Assembly (NCBI GenBank): GCA_963775895.1
Contig: CAVZKL010000017.1
Location: 160,001 to 224,000 of the forward strand
Origin: Candidatus Bathyarchaeota archaeon
GTDB taxonomy: Archaea > Thermoproteota > Bathyarchaeia > Bathyarchaeales > Bathycorpusculaceae
Direction of reading: 5' to 3'
Length of the DNA stretch: 64,000 nt
Shown here piece after piece: positions 40,590 to 51,242 of this stretch. The position numbers and the translations under genes were made by a program. Within the stretch, counting starts at the first letter, position 1; every line of letters begins with the position of its first letter. The notes beneath the pieces were generated by a model. The model made no database searches and was not told the origin of the DNA. It worked only from the letters and a program-made list of their open reading frames with translations.

Positions 40590-41310
40590 ATGTATGAGCG
40601 GCTGGCTGATTTTCTAGTTGAGAATTTGAATTTCGAAAATGTGTCCACTATTCTTGAGGCTGGATGTGGAAGCGGCCAGCTCACCGTGCCCTTTGCTAAG
40701 AGGATCAAGCATGTTAAACCGAGTTTCAGATTCACAGCGCTTGACCTGTTTGCAGGCCCCTTACAGGCGAGATATCGACATTTTGAAGAATCGTATTCGA
40801 GAGGAGGGGCTCGAAGGATTGATAATCCCAGTGAACACGGATGTAAGAAACATGGATGTCATTGCGGGCAAGAGCATTGATCTCGTTGTTTCTAACGAAA
40901 CCCTTTGTGAGCTTGACAGGACTGGTCTTGAGATAGCTCTTCGAGAGTTTCATCGGGTGTTGAGACCGGGCAGCCAAATGGTACATGCAGAGTTGATTAA
41001 CTCGTTCGAAAATGATGCTCAGAGGCTGGTGATTGAGGCTGACATGCACTCTTTGGAGACGTCTTTGCCGAGACCAGAATGCTTTTCTCCGTGTTCCGAT
41101 GACGTCGCTGCCCTTTTGCACAAGATTGGGTTCAAAAACATAAGGGTAAGATATTTCGAAACGAACGTCAGATTCAAGGATCTCGACGTGGCATTGAGGA
41201 AACTAAGACAGTGGAATGTTGATCCTGTGTTCGTCAAGGAGCACCTGCGGGGCATCAAGAGATATGGACTGGAATATCCGATGGAGCATCTGATTTTCTG
41301 CAGCAGGTAG
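40590..41310 (+). CDS. Class I SAM-dependent methyltransferase (apparent frameshift near 40758; start uncertain)
   Basis: 'ILEAGCGSG' in ORF 40440..40880; 'SIDLVVS', 'EFHRVLRPG' in ORF 40639..41310. Confidence 0.8.
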
Positions 41311-41745
41311 GAAACGAGCGCTCACTTCAACAGACAAGATCTTTCTAGAAAATAGAAACGCCCAAGTTGGGTCTAAGCCAGAACGATTTGCCTCAGCTCG
41401 GCCGAACCTTCGCATCGGAATTCTGTTCCGTTTGATGCTATCTTGCGACACAGACCCAGCAGGCGATTGTCCATTGGGCTTTGACTACTCGTCCAAGCGT
41501 GCTCCCCAACTTGGGCAGCAGTACTGTTCTCGGAGAAGAATATAACTGTTGTTTACAAAGTCCACTATCACTCTAACGCCGAGCTATCTCCGATTTTCAC
41601 ATCAGAAATGTAACTCGGCCACGTTGATTGGGACAGATTTGTTTTTTTACGGTAGGTATAAAAGGCAAAAAGCGTTTCGCTCCAAGACTGAATTTTCAGA
41701 GGCCATGATAAACCTATTAATATTCAGTGCACGTGCATAAGGCCA

Positions 41746-42441
41746 TTGCAAAAAGGAAAAACAGTGATGGACAGAACAGAGAAATTTGGAGAAGATTTAG
41801 AACTCTTGGCGTCAAAACTGAGCCAAGGTTTGCAGCCAAAAGAAAAAGATTGCCTGATTGAACTCAAGAATCACCTCCTCGAGCTTCAGAAATCAAACGT
41901 TGTAAAAATCAACCACTCAGTCATGGAACTCGTCTGCGCCAAACCGCTCTTGCAGAAAGGATACACTGTTCACGTGGAGCATGAACTGGAGCCAGCGCTA
42001 ACTTGTGACCTGTATGCAACGAAAGGCGATGGAAACCATATTATAGAAATTGAAACGGGTTACATTCCGCCAGAACACGCCTTAGACCCATCGACATATC
42101 TCCTCGCAAGAATTGCCAGCAAGATAACTAGATACAGCAACCACACGGGCAAATTCGCGTTGGGCACACCGCCTCACTACGTTCTGCCAATACCCCAACC
42201 ACTACTGACCGCCCCCAGAGACAGAACACTGGAAAACCTGAAGACCATCAAATCCCTTTGTGACCTCTACTACACGAACCCGCCGGTCAGCCTCGATGAA
42301 GTGAGAAATGCCAGACTGCACAGCATCTACATAATCGATGTGGACGGCCTAACAGCCCAAGAGACCGATCCAGAAGCCTATATGGGAAACAAACACAGCA
42401 ACCTTGCCAGCGTTATATCGACAGACGAACGCTCAGTGTAG
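41746..42441 (+). CDS. Archaeal hypothetical protein with PD-(D/E)XK-like motif
   Basis: 'VHVEHEL...CDLYA.KG....IIEIETGY.PPEHALDP'. Confidence 0.7.
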   Translation: MQKGKTVMDRTEKFGEDLELLASKLSQGLQPKEKDCLIELKNHLLELQKSNVVKINHSVMELVCAKPLLQKGYTVHVEHELEPALTCDLYATKGDGNHIIEIETGYIPPEHALDPSTYLLARIASKITRYSNHTGKFALGTPPHYVLPIPQPLLTAPRDRTLENLKTIKSLCDLYYTNPPVSLDEVRNARLHSIYIIDVDGLTAQETDPEAYMGNKHSNLASVISTDERSV

Positions 42442-42601
42442 GAAACACGTGCGTTCCGCATTAATCTTAGTCTGAAGAGTTCCACCGCGTTCCTGTAGAA
42501 TATCTTTCCTTTCTATGTTGCATCAATTTCTCGCGAGTTGACCAAATCTACGTGTTTTCTTATGCTGCACATGACGTAATCTGTTCGCGCGGGCGAGCCA
42601 G

Positions 42602-43360
42602 TTACCTAACGGTTTCATAATTCCTGTCAAAAGGTCGTCGCCGTAAATAGAACGACCCATAGTTTCTCCACCACAGCAAATAGCTCTTCAACACGCCCCA
42701 TCGTTTGAGCCTCCTTGAAGATTCATAAACCACCGTCTCTAAAAGAGCAATCCTTCCTCTCTGTGAAAGCTTCAGAATAAGCTCAGTTATTTCCAGTATT
42801 GCAAGCCTTTCGTTGAATCCGCCAGCTTTCAAGAAAGACTCCCTCTGAACTGCCAGAACATCGCCTCTATTGTAGAACCTTAAAAAGAGCCTGTGTCTTG
42901 TGCAGTTTCTGACAAAAACATCATCTAAGGAATAGAACAATCTTTCGGAAGTGGAAAGAGCGTGGGATTGTGATTTTCGAGGCTGAACACGAGAAATCGC
43001 GGCCACAACGGCTTCGTCTTCAAAAGTCCTCATCACTTCTTCAAGCAGATTAGCAGGAACGATAACATCGGCATCAATAAAAAGGAGAATGTTTCCTGAT
43101 GCCTGCGCCGCCCCGAAATTCCTTGCCTTTGAGACTCCTCGATCCGTAAACCTGAAGACTTTGTCGGAAAACGGTCTGGCTAATTCAAGGGTTCTGTCTT
43201 GCCCAGAATCCACGACGAGGATTTCGCTGTCAATTCCTTTAGATTCAGCGATTGATTTGGCTTTGGCCATATGGACCAGTGTTTCTTTAACGTATTCTTC
43301 TTCTTGATACGTTGGGACAATCATCGAAATATCCAAGTTCCGGCCTTTCTTTTCTGTCAA
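42602..43360 (-). CDS. Glycosyltransferase family 2
   Basis: 'IVPTYQEE', 'VVDSG.D.T', 'ARNFGA', 'FIDAD', 'GGFNE', 'SSRR'. Confidence 0.92.
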   Translation of the reverse strand: MTEKKGRNLDISMIVPTYQEEEYVKETLVHMAKAKSIAESKGIDSEILVVDSGQDRTLELARPFSDKVFRFTDRGVSKARNFGAAQASGNILLFIDADVIVPANLLEEVMRTFEDEAVVAAISRVQPRKSQSHALSTSERLFYSLDDVFVRNCTRHRLFLRFYNRGDVLAVQRESFLKAGGFNERLAILEITELILKLSQRGRIALLETVVYESSRRLKRWGVLKSYLLWWRNYGSFYLRRRPFDRNYETVR

Positions 43361-43457
43361 ACTGAACTCTACTAAAAGTCTTTTAACTAATAAACGTCTT
43401 TAGAAAACAAGTGTCAAAGCACCTAGGAAAATCGCACCAAGGAGAACCAAGGATACA

Positions 43458-44868
43458 TTGAGGATTTGTTTGATCGACCCCCTAGGAAGAGTCAAAGGAC
43501 TGAATGTCGGGCTGGGATGTCTGTCTTCTTCACTCATGCAGAAGGGTCACCGAGTAGTAGTCTTGGATCTTAACAACAATACCCGAAACGTCAAGGAAAG
43601 ACTGAACAGAATCAAAGACTCTGACGTGATTGGTGTTTCAATAAAGTCTTCAACTGCTCAAGTCAGCCGTGAAATCGGGGAAGCGTTGGGAAGGAAGGAT
43701 CTTGTTTGCGGCGGAGCCCACATCACTATAGACGGTCCCTCTTTTCTCAGGAACAGCCCGAGCTTCAAATCTGGTGCTATCGGTGAAGCCGAAGAGACAG
43801 CAGTTGAACTGATAGCGGCTCTCAAAAGTAGAGCTACTCTTCGAGGTGTCAAGGGATTAATCTTCAAGGAAGGAGAAAATTTAGTAGTCAACCCGAGACG
43901 GACCGTTTATTGATGATTTAGACTCTCTGCCCAACCCAAACTATGAGTCGTTCGACTCCTTCACAGGTTCCATTCTACACTACCCTCTAGTTACGAGCAG
44001 AGGATGCCCGCACAACTGCATATACTGTTGCGTCGGTGAAGTTTCAGGAAGAAGATGGAGAGGACGGTCTCCTGAACGCATAATTGAAGAGCTGGAGCAC
44101 GCTAAATCAACGTACAGAACAAGAAGCTTCGAGATAACGGACGATAACTTCACTCAAGACCTGCGCAGGGCAAAGAAAATCTGTCAATTAATAATCGACC
44201 ATGGACTGAAGTTGAAGTGGGCCTGCTACAATGGAATTAGGGCTGATAGGCTCGACGAAGAACTGGTGGCCTTAATGAAAGAGTCAGGCTGCAATAACAT
44301 CAGCATAGGAGTTGAGAGTTTCGACAGGGACGTTTTCGACAGAATAGGGAAGGGTGAAACGCTCGACGACATTCAGCAGGCGATTAGATTACTCAACAAA
44401 CACGAAATAGAAGTCGACGGCTCCTTCATAATCGGCCTCCCAGGAGACAACCTGAAGAAAACAATCGCGTCTATAGAGCTCTGCAAGAAAATGCCCTTTA
44501 ACAAGACCATGTGGAATCTTTTCGTACCCTACCCAGGCACAAGAGCCTGGACTTGGGTTAACAAAGAAGGAAAGATTCTTCGAGATTGGACGGAAGGCTT
44601 CCATTTCGGCGCAGAAGTAAAGCCCGTTTTTGAAACAAAGGACTTCACTGAAACAGAGAGAATCCACGCCTACAAAATGGCAAACGTAAAATGCAAAGGT
44701 TACTTCGCGCTCATCAACTCTGAAAAATCTCTCGTTGCCAACGCATTCGATATTACCAGACTAATCCTGAAGTACGATGCTCGAAATATCGTATCTCACA
44801 TTGCTCACGTCCTGAAAAATGCGGCGGAAGCTCGCAGCCGCATCAGAGAATATGAAAAGATAGTATGA
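43458..44868 (+). CDS. B12-binding radical SAM protein (apparent frameshift near 43900)
   Basis: B12-binding 'VCGGAHIT...GEAE'; 'SRGCPHNCIYC' CxxxCxxC near 44000; 'DDNF', 'GVES', 'FIIGLPG', 'PYPGT'. Confidence 0.9.
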
Positions 44869-45138
44869 AACCTGAACGGTTGGCAAATACCCTGCTTGCC
44901 CACATCGATAGGACCAACAACCCTGTCATCAATGGCACGCTGAGAGGCGCGCGTTATTCGAGCCTTTTGTCATCATGGAAGGCGCGCAGCTCTTCCGAAA
45001 GCGCAAATAACAAGACCCAACAAAAATATATACCCCCAGGGGTGTGGGTAAACCGCAGCAAGCTGTCCAGGAGGTCTAGGCCTGATAGGCCTGAAAGAAT
45101 CCGTGGTGTTACGGAATCACGGAGAACAACATCAAAGT

Positions 45139-45215
45139 GGCCGGGGTGAGGTAGCCTGGTAGCCTATAGGCCTGTGGAGCCTAGCGCCCGGGTTCAATTC
45201 CCGGCCCCGGCCCCA
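45139..45215 (+). tRNA. tRNA-His(GTG), intronless, with G-1 and CCA encoded
   Basis: Acceptor stem GCCGGGG/CCCCGGC, anticodon arm TAGGC-CTGTGGA-GCCTA, T arm CCGGG-TTCAATT-CCCGG, C73, CCA. Confidence 0.96.
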
Positions 45216-45241
45216 TAACGCGCCGCACGCGAGTCGAGATC

Positions 45242-46237
45242 TCAGATTGGTGGTTTCTGGAACTTCTTTTTTTCTTCACTCAGTTTCATCCAAGCCTCAA
45301 ACTCCTTCGACGGCGGATTTTCTTGGAACAATTTCTTGCGACTAGCCTCAAGGAAACAGTTCTTCTCGCCTGCGTACTCTGCTGCGGTTTGAAGCGTCGA
45401 GCCCGAACGGTAAGTCTCATAGAGTGTTCCTACCATTTTCTGCTGCCACTCCTCATCCCTCAGGATATGGTGGTCCAAGATCACGTGTGAAATCTGCTGC
45501 ACGATTCTATCTAGGTTTGCAAGGCTAGCATCGATTTGGCTTTCACTAACTCTTGACGGGGCAAGATAGAGTGGGGGTCCCCCCATCATCAATAGCTGAG
45601 GGTTCTCTTGGAGAATTATCTCCAATGTGCGAGTTGACATGGGACCTTGAACGTCGGGCGCGAACAGGAATTTTTCGCCCTCGAACGAAATGGTGACCAT
45701 CAGGACCCATCCCATCTCAGAATTTTCCGGCCCGTGAAAGACGGGTTCGGAGAACTTCACTTTTGTCTCTCCAAAAACAAAGGTCTGCCCATCTGCGTTG
45801 GAAGTCTTTGCAGCATATTTTCCACCTGTTCTAGCAAACATCCATCCTCGTTCACGCTGACTGTAATTCACTGTCTCGCGCGGGTTCTTCAGAAAAACTG
45901 TTTTATCCTGATAAATCTGCTTCGCAGTCTCGTCGGCTTGTGTCCAGTTGACGAGCCAGTCTTCAAACGAAGGTGTGTGATGATCGTAATGATAATGGCT
46001 TATCGTTACGACCTCCGCCTTTTCTGCCGCCTCCGAAATCTTTCTGCGACATTGGATAATAGCCTCAAACTCTTTAGGATGCGGAGGAAGGCCAAAACGG
46101 TTTGGACACAACGAGACTCCCGCGTCGAGGAGGATTCGCAGGTCCGGAGTCTCAACGTAGGTGCACATCGAACGAACTCCGAAACTCTCAGCGGCCAGCG
46201 GTACAACCCGAATCTTCTTCAACATCAATGCTCCCAC
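45242..46237 (-). CDS. UPF0282 MBL-fold metallohydrolase
   Basis: 'LAAESFGVRSM', 'SHYHYDH', 'PDVQGP', 'LDHH.LRD'. Confidence 0.88.
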   Translation of the reverse strand: MGALMLKKIRVVPLAAESFGVRSMCTYVETPDLRILLDAGVSLCPNRFGLPPHPKEFEAIIQCRRKISEAAEKAEVVTISHYHYDHHTPSFEDWLVNWTQADETAKQIYQDKTVFLKNPRETVNYSQRERGWMFARTGGKYAAKTSNADGQTFVFGETKVKFSEPVFHGPENSEMGWVLMVTISFEGEKFLFAPDVQGPMSTRTLEIILQENPQLLMMGGPPLYLAPSRVSESQIDASLANLDRIVQQISHVILDHHILRDEEWQQKMVGTLYETYRSGSTLQTAAEYAGEKNCFLEASRKKLFQENPPSKEFEAWMKLSEEKKKFQKPPI

Positions 46238-46479
46238 GTTTTTTCAAGGCGTGTATAACGCTTTTTATCCAAGCTACTTTTAGTTTTGCATAGCGTGCGA
46301 TGAAGACTCTGGCCCCATGAAACAAGATGATTGTGATCTTGAGTGCTGAGCGTCGCTAATGCTCTCTTCAGGTTCATGACGAACTTGGAGAGGGCGTCAA
46401 ACCCACAGGCACATCCCAATCTGGGCTGTCCGCCCGCAGCATTCAAAAGAAACCAGCCTGTTGTGGCGGATTTCTCGCA

Positions 46480-47061
46480 CTACTTGTCTTCAGGAGGTTT
46501 TTCCCAGATTTCAAGCATCTTTTTCTTGAGTTCTCTGCGCTTTCTATGCAGGAATCGGTAGACAGTGCTGTGCATGCTGCCTTTCACGAGCATTCCTATT
46601 GCTTCTCGGGCCACTTCCACTTGATCCAGAGTTCCGATCATGCCGACGGTGTGTCCGTACACCGCGACGCTCGCACCCGTCAATTCCTCGATTATCCTGC
46701 GGGTCTTTCCGTTCATTCCTATTATGCGCCCTTTCACGCGTTTAAGGTCGGCTTCGGACTTCCCGAAAACAACTCGCAGGTCAAGAAGCTCCAAGACGGC
46801 ATCTTCATCTCTAACCAGTCGGAAGGCGTGTTCAGGCGAAAATCCTCTGCCCAAGGCTGTGACAACGTCCTTCGCCCTGAAAAGAGTCGAAGGATCAGTC
46901 GCCTTTTCGGACACCGTTATGTTTACGTCGCCCGCGTCGCTGTCGATCTCCAGTTCGACCTGGAGTTTTTCCTCGATGTTCTTCTTCGTCGTCCCGTCTG
47001 GACCTATGACGACCCCCACGCGTTCCTTAGGAATTCGCACAAAAGTGTTAGCTCTAGGCAT
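46480..47061 (-). CDS. dim2: KH-domain pre-rRNA processing protein Dim2/Pno1
   Basis: 'RIPKERVGVVIGPDG', 'GRGFSPE.A', 'KGRIIG.NG', 'G..HSTVY'. Confidence 0.92.
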   Translation of the reverse strand: MPRANTFVRIPKERVGVVIGPDGTTKKNIEEKLQVELEIDSDAGDVNITVSEKATDPSTLFRAKDVVTALGRGFSPEHAFRLVRDEDAVLELLDLRVVFGKSEADLKRVKGRIIGMNGKTRRIIEELTGASVAVYGHTVGMIGTLDQVEVAREAIGMLVKGSMHSTVYRFLHRKRRELKKKMLEIWEKPPEDK

Positions 47062-47852
47062 AACCAGTCACCCTCTTGTAACATTCATCAACACTGGGAA
47101 CCTTGACTCCCAAGCGGTTAAAGTACTTGTTCAAGTTGGTCAGGTCTCTTCGAAGCAGAAACTCGGCCATTCGGATGCACGAGCGGAACTGCTTGAGCCA
47201 TGTCGAAAATCACCGTTCGCCCTTTCCACATCATGATGTTGTATTCACTCAGGTCTCCATGCACCAGCTCGGCTTTGCGATAAAGCCTCTCCAGAAACGT
47301 CAAGAGTTCCTCGTACACTTTTCCGGGATTCTTCGGAGTTTTCTCTTTGAAGGAAGGAGCGCTTTCTCCGTTCTCACCTATGAACTGCATGATGAGCACG
47401 TTGTTTTTCACGGCGATCGGATAGGGAACTCTGACCCTAGCCCTTGCGGCCAACTCCAGGTTCTTGAATTCCTTCTGAGCCCAAGCAAAAATCAGGGAGC
47501 GTGTGTCATGTCTGACTCCTTGGAAACGAGGATCGCCCTCAATGTACTTCACTATTCCCTTCCGAAATTCCGAGGATACGACTAGATAGATTTTTATCGC
47601 AAGCTCGTTTCCTGACTTGTCTTTTCCCCAGTAGACTCTGGCTTCCTTCCCGGCTTTGACGACTCCGTGTATTTCGTTTATCGTTCCCTTGTTCATGAAG
47701 TCATAAACAACCATGAGGGTGGACTTGTCGAAGACTTCTTCCATCACTTCGTATTCTTCGCTTCTCTTCTCCTTCATCAACTGGTCCTTTTCGTAGGTCT
47801 TCTCGTCCTCAAGGAGTCTCTTGTCAACGTTCTTCCGATAAGTCACATGCAT
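47054..47852 (-). CDS. rio1: RIO1 serine/threonine kinase (apparent frameshift near 47170)
   Basis: 'GKEA.VY', 'AIKIY', 'WAQKEF.NL', 'LVHGDLSEYN', 'FDMAQAV'; corrected frame ends at TAG 47054. Confidence 0.92.
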
Positions 47853-47878
47853 CCCTTATTTTGATGTCAAAAGGAAAA

Positions 47879-48184
47879 CTAGATTGTTATGTGTCCTTGT
47901 CTTCGAAGTTGTTCTGCCTGAGCCTTAGTGTACCGCCAGATCAAATCTCCCCGCTCGTCACTCTGAAAATCCCACGGAGAAACCAGAACGATGTCTCCTT
48001 CACGAATCCAAACTCTTCTCTTCATCTTTCCGCGTATTCGGCACAACCGTTCGTGACCATCCTGACACTTCACACGGATACGGTCATACCCAAGCAGTTT
48101 GACTGCTACCCCAAGCACATCGTTCGCAGAAGGAAGCACCAGCCTGTTCAGTTCGCCTTCCGACAGAACCTTCTTCTTACCCAA
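47879..48184 (-). CDS. eif1a: Translation initiation factor aIF-1A
   Basis: 'C.DG..RLCRIRGKMKRRVWIREGD.VLV.PWDFQ'. Confidence 0.96.
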   Translation of the reverse strand: MGKKKVLSEGELNRLVLPSANDVLGVAVKLLGYDRIRVKCQDGHERLCRIRGKMKRRVWIREGDIVLVSPWDFQSDERGDLIWRYTKAQAEQLRRQGHITI

Positions 48185-48267
48185 TGAAGCACCTCGATCA
48201 CGTTATCTTACAAGAAGTATGATTTCTTCCTTTTAAAACTATGTTCACAGCAACCAGTAACCCAATT

Positions 48268-48564
48268 TTATATCTTTACTATTTGTGCGTGTGGAACGCC
48301 TTCAATGTTCAAGACCGCTTCTGGATGAACAAAGCCCCTTTCTATCGCTTTCTTTACGACGTTCTTGCCCACCATGTTCACTATGGTGGAAGCCTCTATC
48401 AGATCGACTGCCTCATCGACGGCGACTCTTCTGCCCTTGTAGAAGTCTTCCTTGACGCAGAAGCTTATTTTACCCTCACGAAGCGTTTTTCCAAGAATTT
48501 CAACGTCACACATGCACAGCAGAACGTTTCGGCCAATCTTTTTCAGGTTCATGTAAACCTGCAA
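48268..48564 (-). CDS. DUF424 family protein
   Basis: 'CD.EILGK', 'FY.G', 'VNMVG', 'I.GVPHAQ'; usual neighbour of aIF2-beta. Confidence 0.88.
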   Translation of the reverse strand: MQVYMNLKKIGRNVLLCMCDVEILGKTLREGKISFCVKEDFYKGRRVAVDEAVDLIEASTIVNMVGKNVVKKAIERGFVHPEAVLNIEGVPHAQIVKI

Positions 48565-48577
48565 CGGACAAACGCTC

Positions 48578-48988
48578 TCAGAGCTGCTTCACAGAGGACT
48601 TCGCGCCACAAGCCTGGCAAACTACAAACGAAAGACGCTTTTCCTTCACGACCTTCGTGTCTGGACGCTTGCACACAGGACACACGACGAACGTTTCCAA
48701 GTACCTCTGCATCAACCTTTCAAACGTGTCCTCCTGGAATTTGCCTTGGAAAATAACCCTGTTGCCCTGCATCGTCGCCGCAGTCGCCATCTCACGGCTC
48801 AGGAATTTCAACAGATGCTGCGGGTCACGATCCAACGCATCGGCAATTTCCTTAAAGTTGAAGATGACCGTTCGCATGCCTATCTTCGCATATTGCAGTT
48901 TGGGAATCTCTAAGCGCTCACGTTTCGACGCCACCTCAGGCACCTGAGCGCGCGCCCTCTTCAGCAAAGATTCGTAATCGTATTCCAT
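48578..48988 (-). CDS. eif2b: Translation initiation factor aIF-2 beta
   Basis: 'YESLLKRA', 'NF.EIA..L.RDP.H', Zn ribbon 'CPVCKRPDT...CQACGA'. Confidence 0.95.
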   Translation of the reverse strand: MEYDYESLLKRARAQVPEVASKRERLEIPKLQYAKIGMRTVIFNFKEIADALDRDPQHLLKFLSREMATAATMQGNRVIFQGKFQEDTFERLMQRYLETFVVCPVCKRPDTKVVKEKRLSFVVCQACGAKSSVKQL

Positions 48989-49159
48989 CCAGTAAACCTC
49001 CAAGAAGACCAAACTGCAACATACTATTTAAGAATTATAAGGCAAAAGGAGGAATCGAAAAATCAACACTGTGACCACTGGGCCGCCGGAAACCACAAAC
49101 CCTGGAATGGATTGGGTGATATTTGGAAAACGATAAAAACAGACGTCGACAGATAGAAT

Positions 49160-49684
49160 TTGAGGATGAAGATGGGTTACATCTATTTGTACACCGGGAC
49201 TGGCGCCGGAAAAACAACAAACGCTCTAGGCTTGGCGCTACGTTCAGTTGGCCACAAACACAAGGTCGTCATCGTACAGTTCATGAAGTGGTGGAAGAAC
49301 ACTGGCGAATTCAAGATACAGAAGATGCTGGAGCCTTACTATGAAATCTACCAGTTCGGACGAAAGGGCTGGATCGGTCTCAGCAACCTGAACGACGAGG
49401 ACAAGAAGCTGGCGATGAAAGCATTGAAATTCGCCGAAAAGGCAGTCGCTGAAAAGAAGCCCGCTCTGCTTGTTCTTGATGAAATAAACTTGGCTCTCTA
49501 CTGTCAACTACTCGACGTGAAGAATGTCATCGACTTTCTGGACAGAGTTCCCAAGGAAACGGACGTGGTCCTGACTGGACGATTCGCTCCCGACGAACTC
49601 ATAGGGCGCGCCGACTTCGTTAACGAAGTGAAAGACCTGAAATACCCGAAGAATATCGTGACGACGATCGGGATCCAGTATTAG
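49160..49684 (+). CDS. cobO: Cob(I)yrinic acid a,c-diamide adenosyltransferase (CobA/BtuR type)
   Basis: 'YTGTGAGKTT.A.G.ALR..G', 'VQFMK', 'VLDEIN', 'VLTGR'. Confidence 0.9.
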   Translation: MRMKMGYIYLYTGTGAGKTTNALGLALRSVGHKHKVVIVQFMKWWKNTGEFKIQKMLEPYYEIYQFGRKGWIGLSNLNDEDKKLAMKALKFAEKAVAEKKPALLVLDEINLALYCQLLDVKNVIDFLDRVPKETDVVLTGRFAPDELIGRADFVNEVKDLKYPKNIVTTIGIQY

Positions 49685-49833
49685 TTCTGAACAAGTGAAC
49701 GTTGAAAACAAGATTCCTCACCACATAGCCCTGATTTGCCTCTTCTTCGTGATCTCAATCTTTTTTTGTGAGTCAGTCTGAAAAGCTTAAAGAAGCCCCT
49801 GCAGGCTACAGATTAATCCACAGCGGTGAAACC

Positions 49834-51242
49834 GTGACCAAACTGAGTCACCCCTACATTCCAAACTCTGTTCCTGCAACAAAGGAACAGATGATGCGCG
49901 AGATCGGCGTAAAAAGCATCGACGAACTGTACAGAGACATTCCCGACAAGTTCGGCGTTGAAGAAAAAACTCGACATACCACAGCATGGTTTGTCCGAAT
50001 TTGACGTGAAGAGACACGTTGAGAAACTGCTTTCAAAAAACGCAACGAGCAACAACATGTCCGTTTTTCTCGGTGCGGGATGCTGGCCCCATTATGTACC
50101 GGCTGTCGTTGAAGAGATCATTGGTCGCAGCGAGCTACTCACCTCGTACACTCCTTACCAGCCTGAAACCTCACAGGGCATGCTGCAAGCCCTTTTCGAA
50201 TATCAGAGCATGATCTGCGAGTTGACGAGCATGCCCGTCGCAAACTGCTCAATGTACGATTGGGCTTCAGCGTTGGGTGAGGCGGCAAGAATGGCGACGA
50301 GGGTTAAGGGAAAAACTGAGATTCTTGTTCCGAAACTGATCCATCCTGAAAGGCTGGCAACTTTAAAGGTATACGCAAGCCCAGCGGGAATCAGCATCAA
50401 CGAGGTGGACTACGAAAAGGAAAGCGGCGGACTGGATCTCAGAGATCTGAAGCGAAAGATCTCGGACAAGACGGCGGCAATTTACGTCGAAAATCCCTCA
50501 TATCTGGGAATAATCGAATCACAAGTTGACGACATCGCCAGGGAAGTAGCATCTCACGATGCTCTCTTTATAGTCGGTGTTGACCCTACATCGCTTGGCG
50601 TGTTGAAGCCACCAGGTGAATACGGTGCAGACGTCGTTGTGGGCGAAGCACAACCTCTTGGAAACTCTATGAACTTTGGAGGTCCTCTTCTGGGAATCAT
50701 GGCCTGCAGGGACGACATGACGCTCATCCGACAAATGCCGGGCAGAATAATCGGTCTGACGACAACTCAAGATAGCACGAGACAGGGCTTCTGTATGACG
50801 ATGCAAACAAGAGAGCAACACATCAGACGTGAAAGAGCCACTTCAAACATCTGCACGAACGAGGCGCTTTGTGCCGTCGCTTCCGCCGTTTACGTTGCTT
50901 TGCTCGGACCAGAAGGCTTGCGCAAACTCGGAGAAACGGTCATGCTACAAGTCCAACTATGCAATGCGTCTTCTTTCACAGGTAGAAAACGTGAGGACAC
51001 CTGTTTTCAAGTCGGCACACTTCAAGGAATTCACGGTCAATTTCGACGACGCAGGCCTAACGGTAGAAACAGTCAACCAGAAACTTCTGAAGCAGCACAT
51101 CCAGGGAGGAAGGGACGTATCTGAACAGTTCCCAGAACTGGGGCAGACCGCACTGTTCTGCGTGACCGAGATCCATTCGAAAGAGGAGATACACCAGTTG
51201 GCAACAGCGCTGAAAGACATCGTGGGAGGGAAGGTGAACTGA
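49834..51242 (+). CDS. gcvPA: Glycine dehydrogenase subunit 1 (apparent frameshifts near 49955 and 50947)
   Basis: 'HPYIP', 'FLGAG...HY.P', 'YTPYQPETSQG', 'REQHIRRERATSNICTN', 'CVTE'. Confidence 0.93.

Noticed and set aside
45139-45215. Integrated element at tRNA-His
   Set aside because: No duplicated tRNA fragment (att site) or integrase seen in the window.
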